A stretch of DNA of 64,000 bases from Octopus vulgaris (taxonomy: Eukaryota): contig OX597831.1 of NCBI GenBank assembly GCA_951406725.2, forward strand, positions 83,328,001 through 83,392,000, given 5' to 3'. How positions within the stretch are numbered: position 1 is the first letter of the stretch; every line of letters begins with the position of its first letter. This document shows, piece after piece, positions 49,670-61,640 of this stretch. Below the pieces are notes generated by a model. The model saw nothing but the letters and a program-made list of their open reading frames with translations, searched no databases and was not told the DNA's origin. Both the position numbers and the translations under genes were made by a program.

Positions 49670-51050
49670 TTATTTTGTTATTACCCATAAAGGGCTGACA
49701 TTGAGGGGGACATTACAAACATTGGGGACACAAAACCACAAAAACACAGAAACGTATGAAAGATGAAAAATTGTGAAAATGAGAAATGAAAGCGATGTTA
49801 ACGGCCCCATCCGATAACATCACTTACCTCTCCTTCCCTATAAAAAACATGTAGTCCTCCAGTTTCATCCCATATATGTCTTCCAGTTCATATCTCTTAT
49901 CCGGTTCAATTGTTTTCCTAATCAATTTATAACTTTTTTAAAGTTTTTCCTTGAGTTCTTTTTCTTGGTCCTCTGATATTACTACATACATCAACCCCGC
50001 CAAATCCCAGTTGTCTTGCAATTCCCCCTTTCCCCAGTCCCTCAATATTTCGCGTATTTCTTCCTTGTTTATTACATCTAATATATGGGGACGAGAATTT
50101 TTAAAGTTATCCTGTGTGTTTGTGTTATCTTCTTTGTTTTGTTTTCTTGTTGGTGGGGAGCGGGTGAGTTCAGTGTCTGCAGGGGAAGGGTGGGCCCCAA
50201 AGGGTGCGGGTGGTGATGGGGTGGGTTGGGGTTCAGAACAGTTTGCCTTTTTTCTCTTTCTCTTCCTCCTTCTTCCCATGGATTCCCATTCTGCTGGTAA
50301 TTCCTCCTCGTCCACTTGCTTCTCTTCCGCTGTATTCTGCTCCTCCTGGGGCTCCTCTACCTCTCTTGCTGGTTCTTTTCTTTGTTCTTTTGTTTGAGGG
50401 GGGGCAGTTAGCTCTTATGTGGCCCTTCAAGCACTGATGATGGCTGCCACAATCCACTCTCCGTCTATGTCTGGTAGTATTCTTTCCACCCTGATCCGGG
50501 TCGTCCTCCTTCCCAGATACGAGGGCAGAAGGATACCTTCTCCGACTTTATTGTTTTCGCCGCCATTCTCCTTGCCACTTTTTCGGTTTTAAATTGTACA
50601 ATCACGGGGCCGAACCTAACGCCTCTTGCGAGAAATGCTACCTCCTCTTCTGTCATTCTCAGTGCTTCCTCTACCATTTCCATGCCGACCAACTCTATTC
50701 TCCTTTTTTCGTTGGCGAATACTCTATACGTAATGGTCCTCTTCTCACACCAGTCTCTTCTTTTCCTTGGCGGTGACAATTCAACTTCACCGCCGACCTT
50801 CGTAACAAATTCTTGATAACCTGGCAACTTAGCCAGGTCTATCTCTTCTTCCGTTGACTTCGTCGCTCGCACGTATGTTGTTTTTTCTCCGAGTGCTCTG
50901 TCCAATTTCCTCACTGCCTTTTCCAGTTCCTCCCCAGAGGTCGACAGGTCCGACTCGCTGAGGCTTGTAAAAACATGTTTCCTTGCCATTTTCTCCCTTA
51001 GGGAGGGGCAAACCGTTTTTTCCTTGTCTGTCTCAATACAGACAGACAAA
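49670..51050 (-). mobile_element. ORF1-only (gag-like, CCHC knuckle) non-LTR element, frameshifted
   Basis: ATG at 50989 (MARKH..), knuckle-like HHQCLKGHIRANCP, acidic/basic low-complexity linker, stop ~49824, short T-rich tail; no RT follows. Confidence 0.65.
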
Positions 51051-52491
51051 AATCAACAATACCGTTTAACAAAATTTAATAAACAATAACAGGCAAAGCA
51101 ATTAGACACAGGTTCCAAAAAACGACTACAGCCAAACTTCATACAGATACTTAATGCTAGCTAATTAGCAGATAATCTAATGTAAAAGCCGTGGCAAAAG
51201 GTATGTGCACAGCTCCATCTGGACTATTCCATTTCTGCACTTTAATTTTATTTTAATTTATTCCCATTCATGTGAAACCACTTATTCAAGTTCAAGTCAT
51301 TGATGCAGTTTTATACCAATTGCTATTTTACTTTTAATTGTTATGTTACGATTTAATTATTATATTATACTTTAGTTTGATTTTAATTACATATAATTCA
51401 ATTGTTATTATTATCTCTAATTTTTATTGTTAAAGTGAAAGTATCTCTTATTATAAAAGGCAGATTTTATCTGCCTCCCTTTGTCTCTTATAGAAATCTA
51501 CAATATAGGATTTCTTCAATTACAATTTACCTAGCATTTTTAAGAGTAGAATGCATCGGGTCGTGCCAGGTCCAGTTTTTAAAATTTCAACCCCAATTAA
51601 GCAAAATTTAGAGAAAACTCACATTGTGGTGTGTGAGTCAAGTGCTTTTCTTAGTGTGGGCTATAGCACACGCACACACACACACACACAAAACAAAAAG
51701 GGAGCGATCTGATTCACTCACGCTATCACTCTAATTTCTACGACTTTCTCTTTGCAAGTTTGCAACGATTAAAGTGAAACTATTTCGATAAAACGAGAGA
51801 AGTGCACCTTAAACCACTACTAAAAAAAAACACAGCAAACAGAAACAAATAAATACATAACAATTTACTCCTCACACAATTTCTTCAATTAGAGTTTACC
51901 CATGATTTTTCAAAGTACTTCCATTGGGTCATGCCATACAAAATTTCTTTCAATTTTACCCCCAATTAAGGCAAAATTCGAGAAAACTCAATATTTTAAC
52001 ATTTCACTCCGAAAGCATTGATGTACATGTGTGTGTGCGTGAGTGTGTGTGTGTCATTCCTCACACACACGCATACACATACATATATGACAGTGACAAA
52101 CACAAACGTTTCAAACAACTACATACAAACACGTGTGTTTGTTATTAGTAAAAAAGGCGCCAAAACACAACTCACTTCTCATTCCAACACATTTGCAAAG
52201 ACACACGGACGGTCGAATTGCTATAACAATACAGAAAAGGTAAATTGGTTTTTATTTTACTTTCTGTCGTTAAATTTTGGTAGTATTAATTGGCGAGCCG
52301 AGCTTGCAGTATGAAACAGTGTTTATGTATAAACAGACGACACTTATATATAGTTATTAATAAATGTATGCATCCGTTTAAAAGAAAAACCAAAAAATAT
52401 TTTATTCTTTATAAATGTTGTGTTCAAAATAACATTTTCTTTTAAGAATGTGTATATAACAAAGTATGTGTATATAACTACGTGGCTTATA

Positions 52492-52887
52492 TCTTTATAT
52501 ATAAAAGTGAAGTTGTGTGTCTGTCTCCTACGATTTAGATTCCTAACTACTCCCACATTTTGCGGCGCAGTGTAACCAAAACCGGGTATCTTATAGTCGT
52601 GATTCATATCGAGCCCTTCTGGGTATTAGCGTGCGTCTACGATGAGTCTACGATTAAAAAAAAATTTACCATCATATTTTTCCCTTTTAATGCATTTGTT
52701 TCGCTATTATATAAGGGAAGTAACTCTCTAAAAATATCTACGATGTGTCAACGATTTTTAAAAAATTTACCTTAATTTTTTTCCATTTTTAATGCATTTT
52801 TTTGCTATTTTTTGGCTATAACTCTCTAAAAATGCTTATATAGTTATTTCCCTTACAAACCCGAGCAACGCCGGGCGATACTGCTAG
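52492..52887 (+). mobile_element. Complete non-autonomous Helitron (~396 bp)
   Basis: A|TC 5' end (TCTTTATATATAAAA), subterminal CCCG..CGGG hairpin, CTAG|T 3' end, no TSD. Confidence 0.85.
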
Positions 52888-52901
52888 TCTGACATAAAAA
52901 C

Positions 52902-53123
52902 AGAGAGATGTTTTTGTTTCACTTTTAACACGTAATACTGAAATAGTGGAGAAATTATGATATTGATGTGGGCTCGCCCTAGGCAAGAAGTTAAACATTT
53001 TTTGCCGATGACACTCCCTGGACCCTAAGTAAGGCATGTGTAAAATTTGAATGAAGTTGGTTGTGTAGTTCTCAAGTTTTAGGGAAACACACTCACAGAC
53101 AGACAGCAGTTTTATATATATAG
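52902..53123 (-). mobile_element. Helitron-like 5' end fragment
   Basis: rc A|TCTATATATATAAAAC..(CTGT)n; second copy at 47897-48131. Confidence 0.65.
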
Positions 53124-53654
53124 ATTAATTTCGTTTAAAGAACATTTCAGACATTTTGTCGCGTTTCTGTTGTTCTTAAAGTGAATAAATGTTTATAACT
53201 GTGTAGGTGATGTAGGAGAGGGCTGTGGGAGCTGTGGGAAGACTGTGGAAGGGAACTGTGGAAGGGGAGGGAGTTGTGTGGGATATGTCTGTTCCTAGGA
53301 AACAAATGCAAGATGTAAAATACAGAGATGTCCCGTGTTTCTCGCTTCTACTTGAGTTTCTGTTCATGTATCGCCGCCGCCCTTACAAATTTACAACAGA
53401 ACTGTTCCACTGGAAGTTTTAAAATGTAACATTTTAATTGTAACTCTGATCGAAGAATTTGAAGTCTTCGTGCTGTTCATCGGGTTAATTAAGTAATTCT
53501 CTTGCCTGCTATGTCACACCTGAGCTAAGAAAGATCTTTGACAATAACAAGTTGAACACCTGAGTCACTACAGATGAGTTCGAATTACCGACAATCATTA
53601 CTTTATCACTCACAAGACTAACAGTAAGAATGGTGGAATTAACTGTAAATTTAC

Positions 53655-53965
53655 TATTTGGCCTCAAATCAAATAGAAACACTGCTGATCAAAGACCATC
53701 ATGAAGAATGTAGACCGATTATTGCTGCACCAGAAAACGCGATCTTTTGATAACTTTTGTGAAATTTTCTAAAGCTTTTGGTTATGTAACTAAGATCTCT
53801 TCTATTGTAGACAGCCTAAAGTTCTATGAAATATCAAATTCTTTCATTAATGCTATAATGTCTTGGTACATTGCCTATCTTTCAGGATGGGAAAAGTTGT
53901 CAAGCATTCTTCATGGACACAATTACAAACTTTTCCTACTTGTCATGGATTATGCAGTGCTTATA
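53655..53965 (+). mobile_element. Highly decayed RTE-like RT fragment
   Basis: FGLKSNRNTADQ, TFVKFSKAF, LKFYEIS..INAI...Y, FLLVMDY resemble RT domains 2-4. Confidence 0.45.
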
Positions 53966-54640
53966 AATCTGCGGAAGATGGGTGCACTGTCAAAAGAAGG
54001 CTGTCCAGTAGATTTAGTGCTGAAAAACTTTATGCATTGGTCTTTCCTCTATGCATTTGCACACGTACGCACGCACGGATGCACACACGCACGCACACAT
54101 TACACACGCATGCACACATTACACACGCATTCTTCATATGTATGTATATAAATTATGTATAATGAGTGCCAAAGAAAATATGATAGAAAGAGAAAAGGCA
54201 GAAGGCTATATACAATGATAAATAGAAAAAGTGAAAGTTGGAGAGTGAGAAAGTGAGGAGGAATTTTATGCAACAATCTGACAGGAAAAACTAATTTGCA
54301 AGTGAGTTATTTGAAAAGCATATTTTTAGAAATTTTTTCCCTGATCGCCTGCATAAAAAATATCAATTGAAGTAATTTCGAAGTTTTATGAGAAAATGGG
54401 GAGACAAAAAATGGAATGGTTAAAAGCACAACAGATGAGATGGATGAGTTTGCCATATTTATGAGGATTCGAATTATTTTTTACTTGAGATATAATATAA
54501 AATTGCTTCAGACAACCACAACCTAACAACTAGTTTACCAATAAAGTAGTTATTTCAGACACCATGATATCACTACTACTTCACAGATAAGTGTCAGTAA
54601 ACATTACAACAAACATATATTATATCAATAATGTAATATA

Positions 54641-55832
54641 CACAGACATGACAGAAGTAAATAGACATTAAATTTTTTAAAAATCTGAAATTATGTATAC
54701 AAATCATTTATTAATTGTTATAATATGAATACTTAATATCTAGTAGACATGCCCTTTACATTTTCCAATGCAATATTCTCTTGCAGAATTTCTTGCCAAG
54801 TTTCATGCAATAATCTCTAAAGATCTCGCTTTAAAGATGCTTTCTTGTTCTTTTTATGAACTGTCCTGTCAATTATGTCCCAGAAGCGTTCAACAGGTTT
54901 CATCTCTGGTCACTGGCTTGGCCATAGAAGCTTTTTAATGCCATCCTCATCCAATAAATTTTGGGTCATTTTAGCCGTGTGACAAGGAGCCCCATCTTCC
55001 ATAAATAAAGAGTCTTCTTTAACCATTTAACCATTGGAGATGATTGCAAAGAGTCCTTTCTACTATATGGACACATATTTATCTGAGTTTATGTTTCTAT
55101 CACACTCCACCTGCTCTGAATTCTTCCCCAGACCATCATATAATAGCTGCCGTGTTTCGTATTTGGCCGCAATCTTTTCACATTCAATTTTTGCTCACAG
55201 CGTCTCCAGACCCACACTCGATCACTTTCAGGAATTACAGCAAATTTCTGGATTCATCAGAGAGCATGACAGTGTCCCAAAATGCTAGTGGCCTCTCCAC
55301 CATCTCATTCGCCCAATCTTTTCTCCGCTTAATGTTCGCTGGTCGAAGAAGTGGCTTCCTTCTTGCTGCTCTGCCATAGTAACCAAGTTTGCGAAGATAC
55401 CCGACAGCTATTCTAGGACTGACATCAACTTGTTCTACTATGTCAGAGGCTTTGCAACGAGGATTATCCTCTACACTTATCTTAGCAAAGAGAAGGGCCT
55501 TGTCAGAGGACCCTCGTTGATCTGAGTGGAGGTGATGTGGACTCCTTTCCTTCTCTGGTGAATTACACAATCACTATTAACTATAGAAAGCGGGATCACA
55601 AGATTTTCTGCGATTTTACGCTGACTATGTCTACCCTCAGAATGACCCGCAATACGGCTTCTTTGAAATTCAGATAGTTCCAAAGCTACTTTTGTATATG
55701 GCATCATTAAACAGTCACATATAGAAACTGGAACATAAAAAAGCCAATTAACAAAAAAGAATAACTTTACAAGTTAGAATAAGTATAAAACGATGTTTTA
55801 TGGGGTGTCTATTTACTTCTGTCATGTCTGTG
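54641..55832 (-). mobile_element. Tc1-family (DD34E-type) transposon, transposase decayed
   Basis: Perfect 27-bp TIRs CACAGACATGACAGAAGTAAATAGACA, TA TSD; ELSEFQRSRI, ARRKPLL, MLSDES, FMEDGAPCH, WPSQ*PEMKPVE. Confidence 0.93.
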
Positions 55833-55884
55833 TAGCTGTGCTATTAAATAGTTATGATATTGCTATTGCAATAATGTTAAAGTA

Positions 55885-55965
55885 TTATATAGCATAGATA
55901 TAATATATATTATATAGCATAGACATAATATATATTATATAGCATAGATATAATATATATTATAT
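55885..55965. repeat. AT-rich minisatellite, ~25-bp unit (ATTATATAGCATAGATATAATATAT) x3+
   Basis: Direct observation. Confidence 0.8.
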
Positions 55966-55974
55966 TCAAAAATC

Positions 55975-57883
55975 TGGATTCGACTGCAGCTTTTGAGGTG
56001 TACAAAACTCAACGAGACCGAGCCGTGAAAATAGAAAAGAAAGAACGCTTCAGTTATGAATACAAAATCGCGGCAAATGCCAGTAGCAATCCAAAAACCT
56101 TCTTTGCCCATGTCCAGCGGAATTCCCGCTTGAACAACCAGATTGCAACGTTGGTAGACTCAACAGGCGTATCGATTGATGACCCTTATCAACAGAGTCA
56201 ATTATTTGCCGAGGCTTTTTCAACTATTTTCAAACAAGATGATGGTCGTGAACCCCCTCCATTTGATAGATCGGTACCTCCAATGCTTCGATTGGTCATC
56301 ACGCGAAACGAAGTCAAACGTGTTATTCAAGGCCTCGATGTCAACAAGGGTCACGGCCCTGACGGCATACACCCACGGGTTATCAAAGCGTTGGCTCCGG
56401 TCATCTGCGAGCCCTTAACACGACTATTCAATATGTCATTGGCGACGGGTGTTATACCTGCAGACTGGAGAACAGCGATAATCTGCCCAATTTTCAAGAA
56501 AGGGAGCCGCGAAGACCCGCTTAACTACCGACCGGTTTCCCTTACATCAATTATCAGCAAGATGTTCGAAACCATCCTTAAGAAAAGTATGATGCTCCAC
56601 CTCCTAAACACAGCCTCTATCTCTGATTCCCAACACGGCTTCGTGCCGAAGAGATCATGCTTGACCAACCTACTAGTAATGGAAGAATTGGTGACGCGCA
56701 TCCTCGATGATAGTGATGCTGTTGACATCGTTTTACTGGACTTTGCCAAAGCTTTTGACTCGGTAAACCACCGCCTATTACTTGTCAAGCTTCAAGCATA
56801 TAGTTTCCATCCGGATATTGTACGATGGGTTGGTGCCTTCCTCTCAGATCGCTCCTTCCAAGTCCAAGTTAATGGTTCGCGGTCCGACGTCTCCAGTGCG
56901 AGCAGTGGCGTACCTCAAGGTTCAGTGCTTGGGCCCTTGTTGTTCTTAGTCTTCATAAATGACTTGCCCGACGACCTCACGCAACACACCCTTCTATTTG
57001 CCGACGATATCACACTGGTCGCTCCTCGCGGTAATATAGAGGATCTTCGTTGATGCCTCCACCAAATTTGGAAGTGGTCTAACAATTGGGACCTGTGTTT
57101 GAACGTGTCAAAGTGCTGTCATCTGCCTGTCGGCTCTACTCCTGCAACTCAACTTGATTTCGAGCCGGGTCGTCTGCTGCTGGAGAGGACCGATCAGGTA
57201 AAGGACCTAGGTATCTTGGTGGATTCCTCCTTTTCGCCTTCGGCCCAGTGCGTCCATGCTGCCAACAAAGCACGCGGAATTCTGTTCTTGATTCGACGGT
57301 CATTCGGAATGCTCACAGCAGCCATATTCCCTACCACTCTATGTCACGCTGGTGAGACCCATATTGGAGTATGGGATTCAAGCCTCTTCTCCTTATCTCC
57401 TCAAAGACATACAGCATCTCGAAAGAGTCCAGAAGCTGGCTACCCGCATGGTTCATGGTCTCAAAAATTTGTCCTACGAAGAAAGGCTGAGGACGCTCGA
57501 CCTTTATTCTCTTGAAAAACGCCGCCGCCGTGGTGATCTCATTCTCGCCCACAACATCATAAGCGGAAAGTGTAACCTCTCGAAAGAGCTGTTCTTCACT
57601 CCTGCTCCAGAGCGTCGGCTGCGGGGTCATTCCGAAAAGCTCTACCTGCGACGATTTCATCTCAATCGAAGGAGAGGAGCTTTCTCCGTCCGGGTTGCGG
57701 ATCCGTGGAACAAGCTGCCAGACGAGATGGTGAAGATGCCGACGACCGCTTTGTTCAAAGCCTCCCTGGACCTCAATTGGCCTGAACTCTTTACATGAAC
57801 ACCACCCTGTATATAACTCCATGTCCCCCTACATGGCCTTGCTTTTTGCTTTTGAGCCAAATTAACTAACTAACTAACTAACT

Positions 57884-57886
<3 letters not shown>
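55975..57886 (+). mobile_element. Well-preserved 5'-truncated CR1 LINE with (TAAC)n tail
   Basis: [75 protein letters not shown]; one stop (57051) and one frameshift (~57330). Confidence 0.95.
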
Positions 57887-57920
<34 letters not shown>

Positions 57921-58064
57921 GATGCAGGTCGAGAAAGCTGTATGAGAGCTCAAAAGAAAAGAAAAGAAAAGGGAACGAACAACTTGGACAATGTATTTGC
58001 TTTGATGTTGCAGTTCACATCATATTTGAACATCTCTTGCTGAAGCTGGACGAATAATCCTATC

Positions 58065-58245
58065 TTTTATCGGCAAAACACCTGAAGTTTGGTGTGAAGT
58101 GGACTTGTCGATGATGTCAGTGCGCGAACGGAACATAATTTATCCATCCTGAAAGGATGGACAGCCAACCTCAGCGGAGTTTGAACTTCGCAAAGTCGGG
58201 AGAAATGCTTTTAAGATTTACGAGTCTGTTAGTTCGCCACCCTTG
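58065..58245 (-). mobile_element. Degenerate SINE (family of 21501-21720)
   Basis: rc AAGGGTGGCGAACTAACAGACTCG..GTTCAAACTCCGCTGAGGTTG..CATCCTTTCAGGA. Confidence 0.5.
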
Positions 58246-58692
58246 AAGTTAGTTAAATAATAAACAAACATACGACTAAGAGAATCAGACAAAAATCTGA
58301 AATCCATAAAATAACAACATGTCATGAAGTCCATCAAACTTCCCATGGGCACGGGGAAGATCTTAGGGTTATCTCACTCCTAAAATAGCTTTGCAGCATA
58401 CCAAGTCACCTCTCTGGTATTTTCATCACCAGGCAAAATAATGGTCGATCCCAAACAGGAATCATATGTCTTGTTGACTGGTCTTGCTTTAGTTCTGCTT
58501 CTAGTCAACAAGTAAGCCTGAGGACTACTTGACCATGTGGCAGGTTGAACTGGATTGCCACATATATTATAATAGCACTCAACACGGCGTCATATAATAT
58601 ATATTATAATGCAGCTATTATGTTATAACTATATTACTGTATTATAACTATATTATATCTGAATTATAATCATTGTAATATAGCTACATAAA

Positions 58693-59614
58693 TGAAGTGA
58701 TACCAAAAAGATCTCGGAATAGTTCTGTAGGGTGCCAACAGATGGCAGCACTCGGTTCCATGCACAGTGAGAGCTAGAAGTGACATTCATGAGGCAGCGT
58801 GCCGAGTAGCATTGCTGTGTTTACTTCGCAATGTGTGAAATTTGTTCCTTTGTGATCCCGTGTGTCTTCTGTAGTCTGCGATTTTGTCATGGACAGGCAA
58901 GAAAGAGCTAACGTGAGATTTTGCGTTCAACTCTGGAAGTCTGCTGCAGAGACATTGAGCATGCTTCACCAAGTTTACGGCAACAACACAATAGGTCGTC
59001 CGCAATGTTTCGAGTGGAACGGGCGCTTCAAAGGTGGAACAAGTTTCCTGGAAAACGATGAGCGATCTGGGAGATCTACCACGACCGTCACCCCGCAAAT
59101 TTGGTATTGTGCAACGAGAATTCCACTGCCAGAGCCAGACCGTCAATAAAGAGTTCTGCTGCGACGTTTTGAAGCATTGGAGGGAGTATATTCGACGAAA
59201 TCGACCGGGTCTGTTCGGCGCGAAAAATTAGATTCTTCACGACGACAATGCACCTTGTCACCGAGCTCTCTTCACTGGTGAGCTTCTCGCCAAAACAACA
59301 TGGTATTGCGTTCGCACCCGCTCATTTCACCAGATTTAGCACCTGCGGACTTCCATCTCTTCCACAAGATGAACATGCAGCCCAAAGGTCGCCGTTTTAA
59401 CACCGTTGTCGAGATCAAGAGCGAATAGCATATGGTCCTCGACTCGCTTACCGAAAATGTCTTTCAGGCTGGATTCCAAAAGTGGCAGGAACGCTGGGGC
59501 CAGTGTATTGCTGCGCGAGCTGACTATTTCGAAGGAGATGATATTAAAAATGTAGATAAATAAGTTATGTTTTATTAAACATAACTAGTCCGAGAACCTT
59601 TTGATACCACCTCG
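58693..59614 (+). mobile_element. mariner (DD34D-type) relic with internal deletion
   Basis: HTH ERANVRFCVQL.KSAAETL..W..RFK.G..LEND.RSGR; LHDDNAPCH, SPDLAPADFHLF, WQERW.QCI..DYFE; imperfect ~30-bp TIRs. Confidence 0.92.
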
Positions 59615-59669
59615 TAGTATAGGTATACAAGCGCTGCATACTCTTTCAGCTATAGCGTCTATGTAATAG

Positions 59670-59715
<46 letters not shown>

Positions 59716-60026
59716 GTGTGTGTGTGTGTGTATATATGTGTGTGTGTATATATATGTCCATCAATGTGTGTGTATGCGCTTTCAACAATTCATTAATAGA
59801 TTGCCATATGCTGTGAATATATTATCGCTAGAAGGTGGTAGGGGGTCGCACCCTGCTCGCAATTAATCGAATGCAATTCTGTATCGTTAACCAGCTAGAC
59901 AAGATGTCCTCTTGGGGGTTAAAAAATCGCATTCGATCGGACAGCCATGTCGAAGTGGCTTCGAATATTTCTTGTTAATGCAACTACTGCGTTGATCTCT
60001 TACAGAGATTTTAGAACTTCCATTTT

Positions 60027-60066
<40 letters not shown>

Positions 60067-60225
60067 TAGGAAAAAAACACCTTTTATCAATTCAAAATGA
60101 ATAATTAAATTACATTACACCATCTAGAAAATTACATATAATAGAAAAGTTAAAATTAAAATAACAATTAAAAAGTAAAGATTAAGTAAATTACAAAATT
60201 AATATAATGTATATAATAGGAAGAA

Positions 60226-60312
60226 AACGACACGTGTTTCGCTGCTATATTTAAGAAATGATTATAGTAGTAGAGAAATCACTTGCATATAAATATAGTC
60301 GCTCATCAGGTT
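60226..60312 (-). ncRNA. Minimal type-I hammerhead motif, canonical core, long stem II
   Basis: Minus strand: AAC-CTGATGA-GCgaCTATATTTA...TAAATATAGcaGC-GAAA-CACGTG-TC-GTT. Confidence 0.75.
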
Positions 60313-60366
60313 AAAAATAAAATAGAACAATAAAATAATTAATTAATAAATATTAAAATATTAAAG

Positions 60367-60418
<52 letters not shown>

Positions 60419-60822
60419 AGTGAAAAATAAAATAATACTTCAATAAATTAAATACTTTAAAATTAAATAAAATACACAAAGCTATTACAAGTCATTAAAT
60501 TGTAATCAAAATAAGAAATGTTTCAAATAATTATATATATATAGTGCTTATATTAGCGAGAAGTTGAGGTTACAAGAGATAATGGTGTCATTGAGACCCA
60601 AAGGTGTCAGGTAATGCTGAAGAAGTGCTATAGACAGACCATAGTTAAGTTCCAGATTCGGTAATATTGCGAATAAAGGGTTCAACGTTGGTTCTATGTC
60701 AGCAGGTGTATATAAAATTATATATTTTATATATGAAAAAGTTAAATTATACCATTTAGAAAAAATTACATCTTATAGAAAGATTAGATATAAGATAAAA
60801 CATATACCAATGATTCAGTAAT

Positions 60823-61640
60823 TATTATTATTATTATTATTATTCTATGTTTGACTTTTGCTTTATATTTGTACAAGTTGGCTCCAAGTCTCAACCAGAG
60901 ACCTCAAGAGACAACAGGTTGGAAGTTCATGTTGTTGTTATGCCTAGTGTGCCATATATTTGGAGTGGGTGTTCTACTAATGAATGTCTAAAAAAAATTC
61001 TTTTTTTTTTTTTTTTTGTAAACCGAAAATTGTTTGTTTTAAACCTTGAGATTACATAGAAAGTATTTTGCGTAGGATATGAGCAATTCCCATGAGCACT
61101 ATCTTTTGAATTTCTGCCATTTTTGGGTTTCCTGGTATCTGAGTTAGGTAGCTATCAGCCCCTTTTGCTATCATTCCCAGGGCACCTATGACAACAGGTA
61201 TTGTTTTAGTCTTCAGGTTCCACATTTTGCTGATTTCTATTTCAAGATCTTTATATTTGCTCAGTTTTTGGTAGGTCTTGACAGATACGTTTATATCGAT
61301 TGGGACAGTCATATCAATGAGGAGGCATGTTCTTTGTTTGAAGTCTTTCAATATGATGTCTGGCCTATTTGCATCTATCTTTCTGTCAGTTTGAATGGTG
61401 AAGTTCCAGAGGAGTGAGAAGTGGTCATTTTCAAGCACTGGGGGTGGTTTGTGTTCCCACCAGTTTTTTTCATGGGGCAAATCCAGGTTTTTGCAGATTA
61501 CCCAGTGAATATATTGTGCAGCTCTATCGTGCCTGTTGAGATACACTGTAGGCGCTAGAAGACTGCACTTGGAAACCACATGGTCAATGGTTTCATTTTG
61601 TTGCTTGCATACACGACACGTTGGACTGCTTCTGATCTTT
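60823..61640 (-). mobile_element. R4/Dong LINE 3' part (Zn knuckle, RLE, 3' UTR, TAA tail)
   Basis: CRVCKQQNETIDHVVSKC, RHD, ANRPDII..IDMTVP..KLSKYKDL..IPVVIGALG; (TAA)n tail. Confidence 0.95.

Noticed and set aside
49818-49832. Strong splice-donor-like AG|GTAAGT at the end of the ORF1-like frame
   Set aside because: Overlaps the stop codon; no acceptor or downstream exon supported
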